From Marsupella aquatica (Eukaryota; Plantae; Marchantiophyta), in the NCBI GenBank assembly GCA_973895155.1, contig OZ316891.1, forward strand, positions 22,523,784-22,587,783: DNA of 64,000 bases. The letters run 5' to 3'. Within the stretch, counting starts at the first letter, position 1. Every line of letters begins with the position of its first letter. A program made the translations under genes and the position numbers. This document shows positions 1 through 14,130 of this stretch, piece after piece. The notes beneath the pieces were generated by a model. It searched no databases, was not told where the DNA came from, and was given only the letters and a program-made list of their open reading frames with translations.

Positions 1-1780
1 CGAATTTTCTCTGCAGGGAACTATGAAAATCTCTTTCTTCTTCATATTCGTGATTTTTGACCAGTCATTGATTTAGGCATTCGAGTTCCAACAAGAAGCG
101 GGGGGCAGTATCACAGTTACGCGTTTCGGCTTTGGCTAATCTACCGGTCAGACGACCAGGGCTTGAGACAAATTGAGGCTTAGTGGGTGCACGGCGCACT
201 ATACTTGTCCGCCAAATACAGAACGCAGTCTCTTACCTCGTTAGGAGGGAGTATGTACTTATTTCTATAGTTGTTGATATTTACTTCTAGCTATGGGCTT
301 CATGTGCTTTTTGGCAATCTTTGGCAATGTGAGATTACAACATTCGGAAATCGCTCGTTTGTCTGGAAGTTGTTCGCTGTCTTATCCCTAGAGAAACCTG
401 GAGAGGCACAATTCTGAACTTCAAATTTGGCCTAAGCCATCGATACCACCTTCTTGAATTTGATTCCTATGCAAGACTGCTTAATGAATGGGCAGGGACT
501 ACATCGTTTGACGACCTTCTGATCTTGGATTTGCAAACGAAGTGCGTTAAAGTGTGAGGCTGATTGGTTGACACAGGCTCCCTCTCCTTGTATATTCTGT
601 TTAAATTGTCAGTCCATCGAAAACTGACGTATTAAAAGTAAATCAAATCCAAAAAGAGCTGATTCTAATGTATAAACTAACCCATTTGAGACGAATTACT
701 GCAGTGTACAGCGCTTCTAGTATGCACACGAACATATAATCACTTCTCAGGGTCATTCATACGAAATTTTCATCTTCACATGGAAGCCACACTATCCAAA
801 ACCCTTTCGGAGAAAAGTCCGGACTGTCTGAAAGATGCAGTACTACTTTTGGAAGGGTGGAAAGTACTTGGCATCAATTGCTGGAATGGAGAGGAATGTC
901 TTTTAATCTTACGAAGCTGGCAAACTGAGATTAAATGTTCGGAGCCAACTCGCCCTCGCCTGAAGGGTGTCGAGTGAGGGGCACAGCAAGGAAATGTCTC
1001 CAGACAATATTGGAACCACTCTTGGTGCACTGATGGTAAGGGCGATCTTGCAAGTGCAGAGTCCTTGAGTTTCTGGCCCTCCACTGAACCGGTGGCATTC
1101 CAGCATTGACCTCCTCTTTAGGCGTCCCTGATGGCATATGTGGTGGATCACCAAGGGCAAGGGCCGGAAACTTTCCAGCTCTTAGACGTCCCGAACCTTG
1201 TACATTGAATAAAACAAGAGAGGGTTCACGCTTAGCAAAGTGGCAGATTTCGGTGGACTGCTGACGGCCGTATTAGAAAGGGCTCTTGACATGCAAGACG
1301 GCCCTAAATGTTTTTGTGCAGCGTAGTACAAGTCAGGGTGCAGAGTGAAATCTAAAACCCCAATAAATGTCCATTCATTCAACGACAGGCATCATCAAAA
1401 CGTTTACACGAAGCAAGAGATACCAAGGTTGGGTCACGAGTAATCCAATTTAAGTAGGTAATTAGAGCCCTTGGAGCTACATCCGGAACTTCAGGCACTT
1501 CGGCTCGAGACATAAGTGCAAATTGTGAGCCAATGTAGCAGGGTACACGTCCAGAATTAGAAATGTGATTCGAAACTTTGCCAGAGCGCAATGTTCTCAT
1601 GGAGGGTACAACATTCCACTCGATGTCTACATGACAAGGACCAGATTGCGAAGTCCCACATGAGGGAATACATTATCTCACAAGAGTTTCAACGGGGTCT
1701 TTACAGATTCACAGATGCTCTTCACAGTTCGTACTTTTACATGTCTAATGATACACCAGATGCACACGTCTCTGGAATTC

Positions 1781-4605
1781 TCAGTAATATACACCATATA
1801 CAAGGTACACAATTGGGATGACCACCAAAATGATACTGGCTATCGATGGGAATATCTTTTCTTTCTCAAATGCTCCTTTGACGCTTCCACTGGTCTTGAA
1901 GTGTTCGTATCCCAAGTATGCCGCTAGGGCAAGAGTTGCGATAGCAGCTGGTGTGCTTCCTCTGCAATATTCCATCCAATTCCAGTTTTCTTCATTTAGA
2001 ATACGACTGCTTTCTCGTGCCTCATTACATCACGTTTGACCTGAAGCTGTTACTACTTACTCACAAATGCCTTTAGGACGAGGATAGAAATCAAACAACT
2101 ATCACCAATCAAAGATTAGGGGCACAACGTTTCAATGAGAATCATGTACGGATTCTTGCCTGTACTGGGTAAGATGGCGTGGAGCAGTAATGACGAGAAG
2201 CAGGAGATACAGAGGTAACTCCAGCTCACCTGCATTTACCCACTCTTTGATTTGAGAAACCAAAACTAGAATAGCAACAACAGTGATGAACATTTTGGAG
2301 AGTGCGCAGCAAAAGAAAAATATTCTCAAGCACAAATGTCTAGTAAGAGAACCATGATATAGCCAGAAAGGCTCATTGAAGTCAAAGTGTTCCTTGTGGA
2401 GTTTCAAATGGAGATACACAGAAGAAAATGATCAAGCATTTTCATTTCGCAGATTTATGCACTTACCCATGGGTCGTCTTGCACTTTACTTCAAATTCAA
2501 CAACAATTGCAAATGTGATAATAGGGCTATACAAGGCTCAAGACACATCTAGGTACTGGATGGCTCGAAGATGTGCTTACGGGAGAGCAGGTTAGTATCC
2601 AACCCCGACCCGAAAAAACCGATCAGCGGTTTCAAAATTTCCCAGTTATTCATAGAAGATCTATTAGTATCTGGGTCCCCACCTCGTAAGTTCATACAAA
2701 CAGCATAACTCACACTGGAGACCTGAGTCGGATGCGCGGAAAACGGCTTCAGGAGTCTTTCCAAAGGTGACAATTACGAACCTGGAATATGATAGAAAAG
2801 CTTGACGGCAAGTGCTACGAAAGCGGTCCACAAACCATAGTCTCCTCTGTTGATCCACAACAAGCTTAAAAGTAAGCCCAACAGTATTCTGACCCCTACT
2901 TTCATCAGGCAAGCAGAGCCTATAACAGACAAAAGGATACGCTGAGAAACATCCACGAAACAAGTGAAACAGTAGACAATGGTTTCTTACTTGATCCAGC
3001 TAAGGGCGTCACGGGGAATTTCCAATGCCAGCAAAGGTACCAAGAACTGCTTTGGAATGGAAACGTTCTTGATAAAAAGCAGAACTCTGCACACATCCCG
3101 AACCAGAATCCTTGTCACCGATTGGTCCCTCCAACTAACTACTGCGTCAATTGTCACCGCACGTCTTATGTGGACATAACTCTTTTGTGCCAACAGTGCA
3201 AATGCGTTTTGGGCTAATAGACTAAGTAGCGCTTAGGGTGATAGGCAGGGCGTTCCAATCAAATGATGCGTGCTGGAAACAATGGTCAGTGCGACAAACA
3301 CTTGATGGACAACTAACTACATTTCCCTTGCAGAAACGGTCACCTACGAGGCAGCAGCCACAAAGGCCCATCGAAGAGTTTCTGGTGAAACAGGAAGGGC
3401 GCAGACAGTTCCCAGAGCACCGCCTCCGCATCCTTTGCTCAGGTTCCAGACGCCAATTTGCTGTCCTTGGATGGACGACGATACAAACCTGCAAGCCGTT
3501 CCAGCAGCAGGGTCTTGGTCAGCACTCACGTACCAACACAGAACACTCTAATTCAGCAAGGAAGTCTCTCCAGTACTTTATTGAGAGTACTTTTGAGATC
3601 AGATCTCTTTCAGCCCAGGTTAAACGTAACAAGAACGGGGAACATGAAAAGGACCATGTGACAGACACACCCATAGCAAATGTAACCGTTCCCCTTTGAA
3701 TGAGAGGCCAACGAGACAAACATGTGAACGTCTGTTAGCAAATTCCGTAACCCCACGAGCTGATATCCTAGATAGAGCGACATTGACATGCCATGACTGG
3801 CGTACCGGACTGCAAGCTCGTCTTTGTCCTGAGCTCAATCCCAGGTGAAATTCTAATTGGCTGCGTAGATCGATACAGAGAAGGAGATCGACTCAAGAAA
3901 AGATAAGCTTTCCCCACGAAGACTGCATCCCTCAGGCGTGTAAGTCTAGTATCCTCGAGATTTAGACTATCCGCGTAGCTGGATATAGCAACAACTTTGT
4001 CCTGATATCACTTGGAGCCTCAGTATGAGGAGCTTAGTCTAAATGGGTTTAGTCTTGTCTACAAGATGAGCATACCGACTTGGACTCAAGCCAGTCTCGT
4101 CTAATTGAAGCTCAGACTTCAAGGAAATCTAAACCATTAAAGAATAACATGAACTATCCCAGGGCAGTTCTCATATATGTCACGACGATAATTTAGTCTC
4201 GTGTGCTACTTGATGGCAATGAGGCTGCGATAACCAATGGCCAGCACCTCGATGAGAGGAGCTCAACTTCCCACTCTGCCCGCCATGCAGCCTACTTGCC
4301 GAGCTTACACCACAACTACGGTCCACAATGACCAGTTCAGCGAGGCCCAACTAAAATCGGCGAACTTCTACTCAGCTGCAGCTTCCTGTCCTCGATGAGT
4401 ATGATGGATAGATGGCTTACCCAAATGAAGTTGCTGGCGGCGACAGAGTTCTGACTTTCGATTGCATAATTCGAGAATTCCGACCAGCTCCTCCACGGGG
4501 AACGCTTGCGCAGCATTGTGAAGCTCTAGGCCTGCTGGTACTGGCCGAGAGGGCGAAGGAGGAAAGGCCAACGCATGCAGGGGCTTGAAGTACTGATGTT
4601 GCCAT
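1781..4605 (-). CDS. COR413IM: Cold-regulated 413 chloroplast inner-membrane protein (COR413-IM type), 6 exons, ~245 aa
   Basis: Exons 4605-4421, 3488-3348, 3086-2991, 2846-2782, 2229-2160, 1961-1781 join in frame (738 nt). Ser/Ala-rich transit-peptide-like N-terminus, then KQFLVPLLALEIP-WIKGDYGLWTAFVALAVKLFYHIPGELELP-LLLVITAP-EHF-GAF, matching the COR413-IM family. Intron 5 has a GC donor. Confidence 0.9.
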
Positions 4606-4786
4606 AATTGCTGGACAACCGAACTGATGGGAGGTTGCAGCAGCAAGAGAAGAAGAAGGACGACAAGACTGGAGCTGAATCGAAGAAAATAATGGGAAGC
4701 CCAGAGGCAGAGTGGCCGAAGCTATAAGAAGGAGGTGAACGCCACAGAAGTTCTATGAATCGATGTTCCTTTGGAGGAGAGCCAAA

Positions 4787-4888
4787 TACGTGACTAACAA
4801 CTCATCGAATACAAACTGCCGCCTCCCATTCACGTGGAAAAGTGTTTCCCGCTGTCCTTGCCCATCAACTCTGAACTCGGTGAACGTG
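4787..4888 (-). promoter_or_regulatory. ABRE/G-box cores upstream of COR413IM
   Basis: TACGTG (4787), CACGTG (4831) and AACGTG (4883) lie 180-285 bp upstream of the ATG of a cold/ABA-family gene. Short motifs; function is inferred. Confidence 0.3.
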
Positions 4889-7800
4889 TGTGACGAGGTA
4901 AATCTCTGGGGAATCCGTGAATCGAGGACAGTTGCAAGAAGGAGTAAAATTTCGGGGAATCCAAAAAAGTTGTGAGAGAAGCAGTACAGTACATTTACAT
5001 GTCCTGTTGATTGCACATCTCGAATGGATATTGGGTAACGTCATCTGAACCTGATCAGGGAGACATATCTGGACGGATACCAAGGCATTGCGAGCACCAA
5101 AAAACAGAACACAATAGGGTGCTGGACCTGGTGGTATATATGCGACAACAGGGGCTAGCTAAAAACCTGTCGAAACAAACCAAGCCAGCCCTCTATCCAC
5201 TCTACAGTAGCGGTTTCTGGCACCTCGGATTTCTCGATCCTCCCTGGGAACAGTCGACCTCCAGCTTTCTGTAGATTTGTCATCTTCATTATAAATTTCA
5301 TTTCCAAGGCAAGACGAACACAAAACGATAGAACCATAAACCATGAAATTGTCTGGTGCCACATCTCACTAGAAGCATAGGATTGGAATGCACATTGGCC
5401 GGGCTTTAACAATTTCTCATATGTTCTCCTGAATCACTTAGATTCATCAGTAAGTATTTTTAGTCACCTCCTGGAGAAAACCTATGAACACCAGCCATTT
5501 TTTTGACTAAATTGCTTAGGCGGAAATTCGCTCTAAAGGCTTTATACAATACTCAACACTCCCCATAAACCAAGGAGCATACAACAAGAATGGTAAGGGT
5601 AGATGTCTCCAAGGCACAAACAAACATATTAGGTACACATTGTGACCTGCCCCCAAAGTTATTCAAAATTACATAAATATTCTTAAAACCTTTGGAATGT
5701 GCATGAATGATTTGTCCAAAACCACAAAAACTTGGAAAGTACTTTTCTTGACGCCTCTAATTGGGATCCCAGTGTCTGAGGCTGTAAATTTGGAGGGGCA
5801 CTTACACTGTATAATTTTTCCTACATTAATTTTCATTTTCTGAAGAATTCATGGTCGGCATGTGTTCAATCAGAGAGCATCAACTCAACTGGCGGAATGC
5901 TTTCAAAACCAATTTACTAGAGTAAGACATAGAGGAAAGCGGAATTTCGTGTGTAGCGATAAAATGCAAAAATATACGAAGGAACGCCAAAAGCGAAGGC
6001 AGCTTTCTTGTTCTTTAACCGACGCTGAAGTGCCGCCCTGGGAACGTGTCGGTGGTGCCGCCCATGAACCATATTCGAATTAGGGGTGTCGCCGGCCGGC
6101 AGGCGCTGCGCACTGCAAGTGAAAATTGGAAACCTATCGCAGGTTAACCATCTGCCCTGCGGGTTACTCGCTCCGCTGAAGTCATCTCTACGAAGTGGAA
6201 GGAAAAACACTGAGAGAAACTTACTCAATTCTTGAACCAAATTCGTTTTATGTGTGTTTGGTTTACCTATTATCAACATCTTGCCCGTTGTATATTTCGA
6301 GGTCCGAGGGTCGAGACCTGCGGTAGTTTTGCGTACTCGAGATGACGAATTACAGGTTCAAGATCCCCGTACGCATTCCATTTTGAAAACAAATTTTTTT
6401 TGGACGTGACACTCAAATATCGTAAGGGGCGGCGAAGCACCTCAATTACGAACTATGAAAAAGTTGTCCCTTTTTTATGGAAATTTACCAATAAGAAAGC
6501 GTCAAAGGGCTAAAACACGCACTTATATGGATTAAAAAAACATGTAGAACCCCCCCAGGCAATTGTTCCATTACAAAATCTCATTTGCTGGTGAAGCATG
6601 CAGCTTAATACCCCAATTCCACCCAAGTCCAATTGACCTTTTTGGACTGCATTCTCCAAACCTTTTGGACAGAATGGAAAAGTCGTTTGAACTGGGCCGA
6701 GCTGATTTGAGCTGACCTGAGCTCTGCCCAAACCAGATAGAGGTCATAAATCAGCTGGAGCGAGTCTCGTCAGCACACCTCAGAATAGTTATGTAAGGGT
6801 AAAGAAGGGAGGCGTAAAAAGTGGGGTTCTGCTGTATCGAGCATGTAACCAATAGAATTGAGAGCACAAGAGAACTGATAGACATGACCCTTCTCATCCA
6901 CACCGTGCCAATCAGAGAGCAGGAATCCCACCGTAAAACTGCTCACCAATCTCCTGAAACCCAATAAGAAGTGTCCGAAAGGCTTAGCTGACTCATTGGG
7001 CAGTCCGTTCACTCCATTATTATTCGATTCACCATCTTGCAGAGCAGGAAGAAATTGCTGCAGTCCATTATTCCCCTGTTCTACAGTATGATTGTACGCC
7101 ACAGCAACAGTAGCTTTGAGGTAAATTTATCGACTTTGTTAATTGGATGGTGGCGATGGTGTAATGGACTCATCGAACAGGTCAATTGGAAAATCCATCG
7201 GTCATTATTGAATCGTTCGATAAATCCTTAGACCCGAAGGGACGAAGATGCGAGATAAGAATCTGGATCAAATGTCTCACTAATCTATTCCATTGGATTT
7301 ACGTGTGAGGGAACGATTGGTGTGTCCTCTGGACAAGATCCCATCAATTTGTCAACACGTGTTATACTCACCATAATCGGGTAAATTGTATGACTAGCAC
7401 TAATTCTAACTTCAGTGATCCAACAGATTCACAGAGAACACTGTTACTCTCCAACTACAATAGTTTACCATGCTGTAACAAAAACAAGTTTTTCCCAAGA
7501 TTGACCATTCTTCTTCAATGATAATCATAAATGCTGGTGTGAATTTAGGCAAACATTTTTTTAATTTTAGATTGCCACTAAGAATGTTCGAATTAGCCAT
7601 ATTGCTGCTGTTTATTGGATTTACGAACATGCCACACTTTGTGTATGGACTACATCTAAGTTTATTAAAATACTGTGACGATAGCATTAGGGACAACAAT
7701 CGCCCCTCAAAACTTAAACTCAAGCTCTTATGGCACTCAATGCCCTGTAAACAAGACTTTACTATATACACAAAATTTTCCAAAAATCAGGATGAGACAA

Positions 7801-10800
7801 ATACAAACCATTTTTTGGGGGTCAAGCCTAATCCAAAAGTCCCCTTGTAAGTATTCCAGATAACCCACACTGATTTGACATAGAGTATAATCATGTACAT
7901 TAAAGCGAGCATTAAAGAATATATAACTTTTTTAGTAATGTTGACTAGTAGTGTTATCTCATTAGTACATCATAGTGGACAACCTACCATTCAAAACTGC
8001 ATCTAGAAATAAATTATAGTTTGAAAGAAATCACCATGCATCTAGAAATAATTCTTGTCCTGTAATAATCACAAAAAAGAGTGAGTCTAGACTGCATTGG
8101 TAGGTCTACTGGTCACCTAGAGTGGACAAATAAACTGTGGGAGAGCCCTTTCACACGGTTTAAAAATAACTGTAGAAACATTAGGGGGTCTCAAAGGTTC
8201 AAAGATACACATATGGCTTTAGGCCAGAAACAATGGGTCGTGCCTTTTTCATAGGATTATGTAGAAGTTTTTTTCTTCACTTTCTAGCCTCTACAGTGAC
8301 ATATGACTAAGCTTTATGGCAAAAAGTTATCTATTGAGAATTTGGTAGTATATATCACAGTGCCAAAGAACAAAAGCGTCAAATGGGGAGACAGGACCCC
8401 CAAAAAGAAAGACCCAATAAAGGGAGGAAAAAGCAAGAAGGAAAGACCCCAAGAAGGCCAAATAGACTCAAGAAGCAGAGAGTCCCAACAACAGCAAAAG
8501 AACCCAAAAGCCTACCGAGGAACAAAGTAGAATAAGCCCTACTTTGCAGAAAGCTCAAAAGCTCAAAAGCCTGATAAAGCCTGATTTTTTTGGCAGTCCC
8601 TTGGGTCCCCTCCCCCCTCTACTCTGTAAGTTACTTGCAGTAGTTGGATGAAGAAGTCCTTCTATGTCTCCGTCCCTGTTGGTTCCACTACCTGCCTAGG
8701 GATTGTGGACACTGGGTTGTTTGTTCTGGCAGGTTGTGATCATTCCTGATGCCCTCTTTTAGGGCTGTCTGTGCTTGTGGCCTGTCTAGCTTCCCCTCAT
8801 CAGTGGGCTTAACAGTAAATTAATGCAATATGCCATGAAATTATCAGAAGGACAAAAAGGTCCTAATTATCCCAAAATTTGAAAAAACAATTGCTGCAAA
8901 GGCTCCCTTGCCAACTCGACGAGTTATGCCCAAAAACCTTCCCAGCCTTCGGATTTGGCATCAGGCCTTAGGCCATAACTTACACCATCAAATTTTGAGG
9001 TTTGAGGCCCCTTATTATTGAAGCCAGAGTACAACAAGAGCACAATTCGGAAATCAGGATGCTACTTAACAAAGCTGTCCGCGAATCCTCGTCGTCGACA
9101 GTCTTGTCCTTAGCGGACTGGTTTTACCAACCCGCAGGAAAGGGCCCAGACCCTCCTCCCGGTAATTACGGTCCGGCATCTGATTTCTTCTAAGGTGCAT
9201 GCATGTTAACAGCTACCGCTGACGCAGGTTCAAACCCCGTCACGGCACCATTCACTCTTTCCGGAGGAGTGGGTCCGAATTGTCTCTTCTCCCAACAACG
9301 TGCCACTTTGCGGCACGTGCTTGGATACTCCACTTCGGATTCCCTGACTTCCACATCAGCACTTGGAGGGGTGGTGGACCCTTCCTCGTCGGCCACGTGG
9401 CGAGACCTGTCACATGGGTCGGTTTATCGTACATCGGAAGTCCTCTGCATTACCGGAGTTTCAGATGATCGAATCCATGCTGTTTAGGGCTGTGTAGTTT
9501 CACCAATCAACTCGTGCGTAGTACTTTTGTTTTATTGACTTTGAAACGCACTTTGTTGACTCATTATTTCTTTTTATATGACCCACCCATACTTCTTTTC
9601 GAATTAGAAAATTGTAGACAATTAATTCGTGTAGCTCTGCCCCTGTTAACTCGACTAGTGCTTTGTTGAATCGATCTGATTAGGGATAGCCCCCAAAAAG
9701 GGCATACAATTTAATTTAGACCCTCATGTTTTCCTCTTCATTTAATATTCATCAGGTGATTGCTTCAGAATACACAGACATCCATGTCTTTTGGTGGGCC
9801 TTCAACTAGGTGCAGTCTTTTTTTGGCGTTCCAAGTGTGTTCTTGGCAGATCATGCACACTTTTCGATGGCGTGATTTTGTACATAGTGTCCGAGAGGGA
9901 AAGTATATATTTCTGAGCGGTACAATATCCCTGCCGGTAATCACACATCAAAATATGATAATATACTATATGCACTCATTGATTTAAAGAAAATAACAAG
10001 GTTTATCATTGTCGCCCTGTACCTACAATCTGCCCACCATTAAAATTCCACAATTAATTAAGTTAAGATACATATCATTAAAGTGAAAATTTGAAAATCA
10101 CTTGAAACTTCAAACTCAAAGTCCGGATGGACTGATACGTTGTCTATGAAGCCCCCATGGACAAACCAAACTTGAATGGACTTGACTCACACACACATAT
10201 ATGTTTGGATACTATTTGTTACACTTGTGTCCAAAAATACCATGTCATCTGATCATCATTTTTGTTCACCTGTCCAAAAAGTCACAGAACTCGACTACCT
10301 TAACACGTAGCTCCGGCATTGCTGACTCCGATGTCAAGCTCCACTATGGTCCAGGCCCGGGATGGCCATCCGGGGAGGACTTGGCATGATTGGGGAGACT
10401 TCTCGGGGGTTTCACTTTCACAAAAATGGCATATCACGTGCGACGAAATATAGGGTCATTTTATTGGTTTGAAAGAAAGACTTAAGAATTTTCTGAGAAG
10501 AACAATATGGTCTTTTAAATCTAATTTTGAGACTTATAAGAATATTAGGGTCCTTGTAACCAATTTTTTGGAATATTCCAAGAATATTCCAACTTTATAG
10601 GGGTTGAAAAATATTTTTTTTCTTACATTTTAGGGGCTCCGAGGCCTTAAAATGTCGCAGGTGATGGGGAAGCATCCATAGAGTGAGACCCCCGAGGGAG
10701 ACTTGTGGGCGATGCGACGTGGCGCTGGCAAAGGCAAGGCTCCAAGCTGGTGACACACACTAAGAACTTAGACTAGCTAAGGGCTGATTGGGTCAAGGGT

Positions 10801-13800
10801 AAAGGGCCGGGCTCAAGGTTGACCGTCCAAACCCCTGGACAGACTTTGAGTTAAAGGGGCTTGAGTGAGAGCTCCTCTTGGGCCCAAAATAAATGGATTT
10901 TACTCTATGGGCAACGGACACTTGGGGCATGAGTTACTGCCCGATCGGAGGTCCTGGGCGACGATAGGATCTGAGGGCCTAGGCATGAGCACTAGGTTAG
11001 CCTGATCAGAACGGGCTAAGGCACTCCACTTATGGACGCATAACTAGAAAGTTATGGGCATTGCTAGTTGGTGGCACGCCCAGACATGCGGGTTGGGGTC
11101 TAGGTGGGGGGCCAAAATCTGGGGACCAAAGTAGGTCCAGGATGGTACATCTCCAGAAGCATATATGAGGGGAGTGGTGTCTCTCTGGGGGCTAAGGGCA
11201 AGTCAAAGTTGTGGACCGCGGTGGTCGCGACACTAAGGAAAAACGCCAAACGAAAATGACGATGACTTCTTGGGTGCGTTGGAAAGCTCTCGAGGAGGAC
11301 TATATCCTCCTCAACTCAGCTGGGTCTTGGGGTGCCATGGATTCTCGGGGTTTGCGAGGGCTAGCTCGCTCGCTTGCCAAATCCTGCCAAAACAACAGCC
11401 AAGCCGAGTTCAGTCTCCCAAGGGAGCTTGCGTTGGGGAGGCAAGGCCAAGTAGGCATGGAGGATGAGTTCCAAGTGCACTTGGTCCCTAGGCTACTAGC
11501 GGGCAAGAACCAGGAGTTGGTTGCTAGAGTCCGGGCCATTCTGGTCCCGGCGTATTGGGACAAGCGTTAGGACAAGCTACACTAATTGGGCCATGAGCAT
11601 GTCCTGGGGGCAGGGCGGTCAGTTGGTGATGGATTGGTACGAGGTAGAACTCGGGCTTCACCCAAAGAAGGGACTATTTTGGACGAACAGTGGGTGTCGG
11701 CTCTGGTTCCGGCTTATGGCATCAGGAGGACCTATCACTGACCTATTTACCAATGTCTATTGAGTTTGAGTTAGGATGCTAGACTTGGGAGATCTAGATT
11801 CTAAGGGGTTACTTACTAGAGTGCTTGGTTGCTTGTGCAGACAGTGAGGACTGTTGAGTGACGATCGTACTAGAGAGCGAGTGTAGCTTCGTATGGGAGG
11901 GGTTGCAGGTGGTGTTGAGGGCACCAAGTTGCTTGCTCGAGGAGTTTCGTGGAGGGGTCCGGGCACCAAGGGCACTTAGGTGTGAGTGCTAGGATTGGTG
12001 AGGGCGAGGGGTGGCAAGGTTCACCACTCAAAAGTACCTTGTCAAAGCACCACCTCTGTCCATTTTTGTCCAAAGATACCCTCTACCAACCAGATCAACA
12101 TTGATTACAAGCCTCGTTGTATTTTCTTTATATCCATTTCCCTCAAGCTAGTCACTTTAACCATTTTTTAGAGTTCAATAAAAAATAAAATGTAATTATG
12201 TTTAGGTATGTGTATGCCTTATCTGGCCTTTATGGTAATAAAATTATATAACTAAGCTCTTCACAATTTACTCTAGCGTCTCAAGTAGTTTGAGCAAAAG
12301 CAAAATTAATTCAATTTTTTTCTCAAGAATATTTTTATGTTTATAATAGATCGCAAACATCCCACAAAAGGGGGAAACAAGCAACACAATCCCCGTGAAC
12401 CAATATAACAATTTCCACTAGGAAAACTGAGTGCAAATCTTGATTTTCATAGAGCATTGCTCTTGAGACAGAATTGTATTTTCCATAGAGTGTTACTCTT
12501 GTGTTTAGGAGGGGTTTGACTTATTTTGCTGCAACAAAGCTATCTCAGATTTTAATCTAAGAGGGTATTGTTGAGAAATCTTATTTTTCAGAGAGCGTTG
12601 CTCGTTGTGCTTCAATTAAATTTCCCACTGCAGAGTTCCAAGAAATGATATTTTTCAAAGAACGTTGCAATAAGCGCTTCCAATACTTTGCTGTCGTGGA
12701 GGTCTCAAAATTTTTAAGTACAATACTAGATGTAAACCTTTGTTTCATTCAATACATATTTTCACTTCACTTTCAAGTGTACAGGCTCCTAACCTACTTG
12801 AAATGTAGGTGAACAGTTAATTAGAACATTGACTACCTAGATTTTCTCATCATTAGGTGTAAAATACTTAGTTTGTGTCACAGTCCATGGGGATGAAGGG
12901 AGACAACCTTCAAGTCCATCCAGGCTTTGATTTCCAAAACTTCATTTGAAATGTTGCATCTAAACAAGGATATCCTTCAAGTGGTCTAAAGTGGTATGAT
13001 AGACTCAGTCTAATCCCTGTAATACTTTAGTTCTTTTGCAGTTGTAAGTGACAAGGCTTTTTGGTCCCCCCCTCGGGGTTTTCCCTTGTTCTCTCTCCTT
13101 CATTTATATTCCGCCAAGCAAACTGTACAACTTTTATAATTGACTTGTAAGTTCCTAGTGGCTAGCTCCAATACAACAGTAACTCCTCAGTCCACAGTTG
13201 AAACAATCGCTTGCTCCAAAATCTTGAAGACAAAATTATAAGATCCATCGTCAAGTCCATTTCCAACAAGAACCCATAACCTGTGCAACAAGTCTAAGCA
13301 ACTTCCCAGCACTACACTCAAAGCTATAAACATAAGTCGTGTCAGGAAGAAAGGTACCGGTGTGTAACCTTTTCTACTATGTGCCACCATTTCCATAACC
13401 CTGTGCCCAGAAAGTCTTGCCCAATAATCTTTTTTCCGGGCAGGTATTACATATGATAATGACTGGCTGGGCTGGGGTTCTAGTCTGAAACCTGTTGCCA
13501 CAAAGCTCAGAAAAACTCCCTGGCCACAGGTCAACATTTCCTCACTTTATAGACTAGTAACCCCAGACCACACCGTAGTTACCCTTATACTTAAGACACA
13601 AGGTGGGGGATATGTGCAGATCCGTAGATACGTACTTCGATTCTACCTGACTGAAACCCATAAAACTTGCACTCAATAAAACAGTAGAGCCTCCCATCAT
13701 GTTAGAGGTGGCACACAATGTTGTCCTTGGGAATGTGCACAAGCAGAGGCACTTCAGAGCAAAATCTGAGAACAAAATACTCGCTTTTGAAGAGCAGTGA

Positions 13801-14130
13801 ACAAGAGTGAAGAATAACCTCAGCAAGTAAGTAGATCAGATTCCACCAATAGTTTTGAGAAAGAGCAGACACTTAAACGAAGTTTTCATCACTTAAATCT
13901 ACAAAAACACGGCTTTAGGCCGTTTATAATACAAGGTCAGCGACATACTGCTGCAGCTCTCACGGAGTTGACAGTGATGAAGACGATTACAGCACCTGTG
14001 CTACCTACCGGACCTCCGAGACCGAATAGAAATAGACCTTCCGAGTGAATTAACCTTGCCTAACGACATATACAAATTCTATCCAGTAGAAATTAACTCA
14101 GGACTCAACATGCTCAATGGAACAGCAATC

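Noticed and set aside
1-1700. Exon-like segments and short ORFs at the window start
   Set aside because: Candidate exons contained early stops in the frames checked and no recognisable homology; may be UTR.
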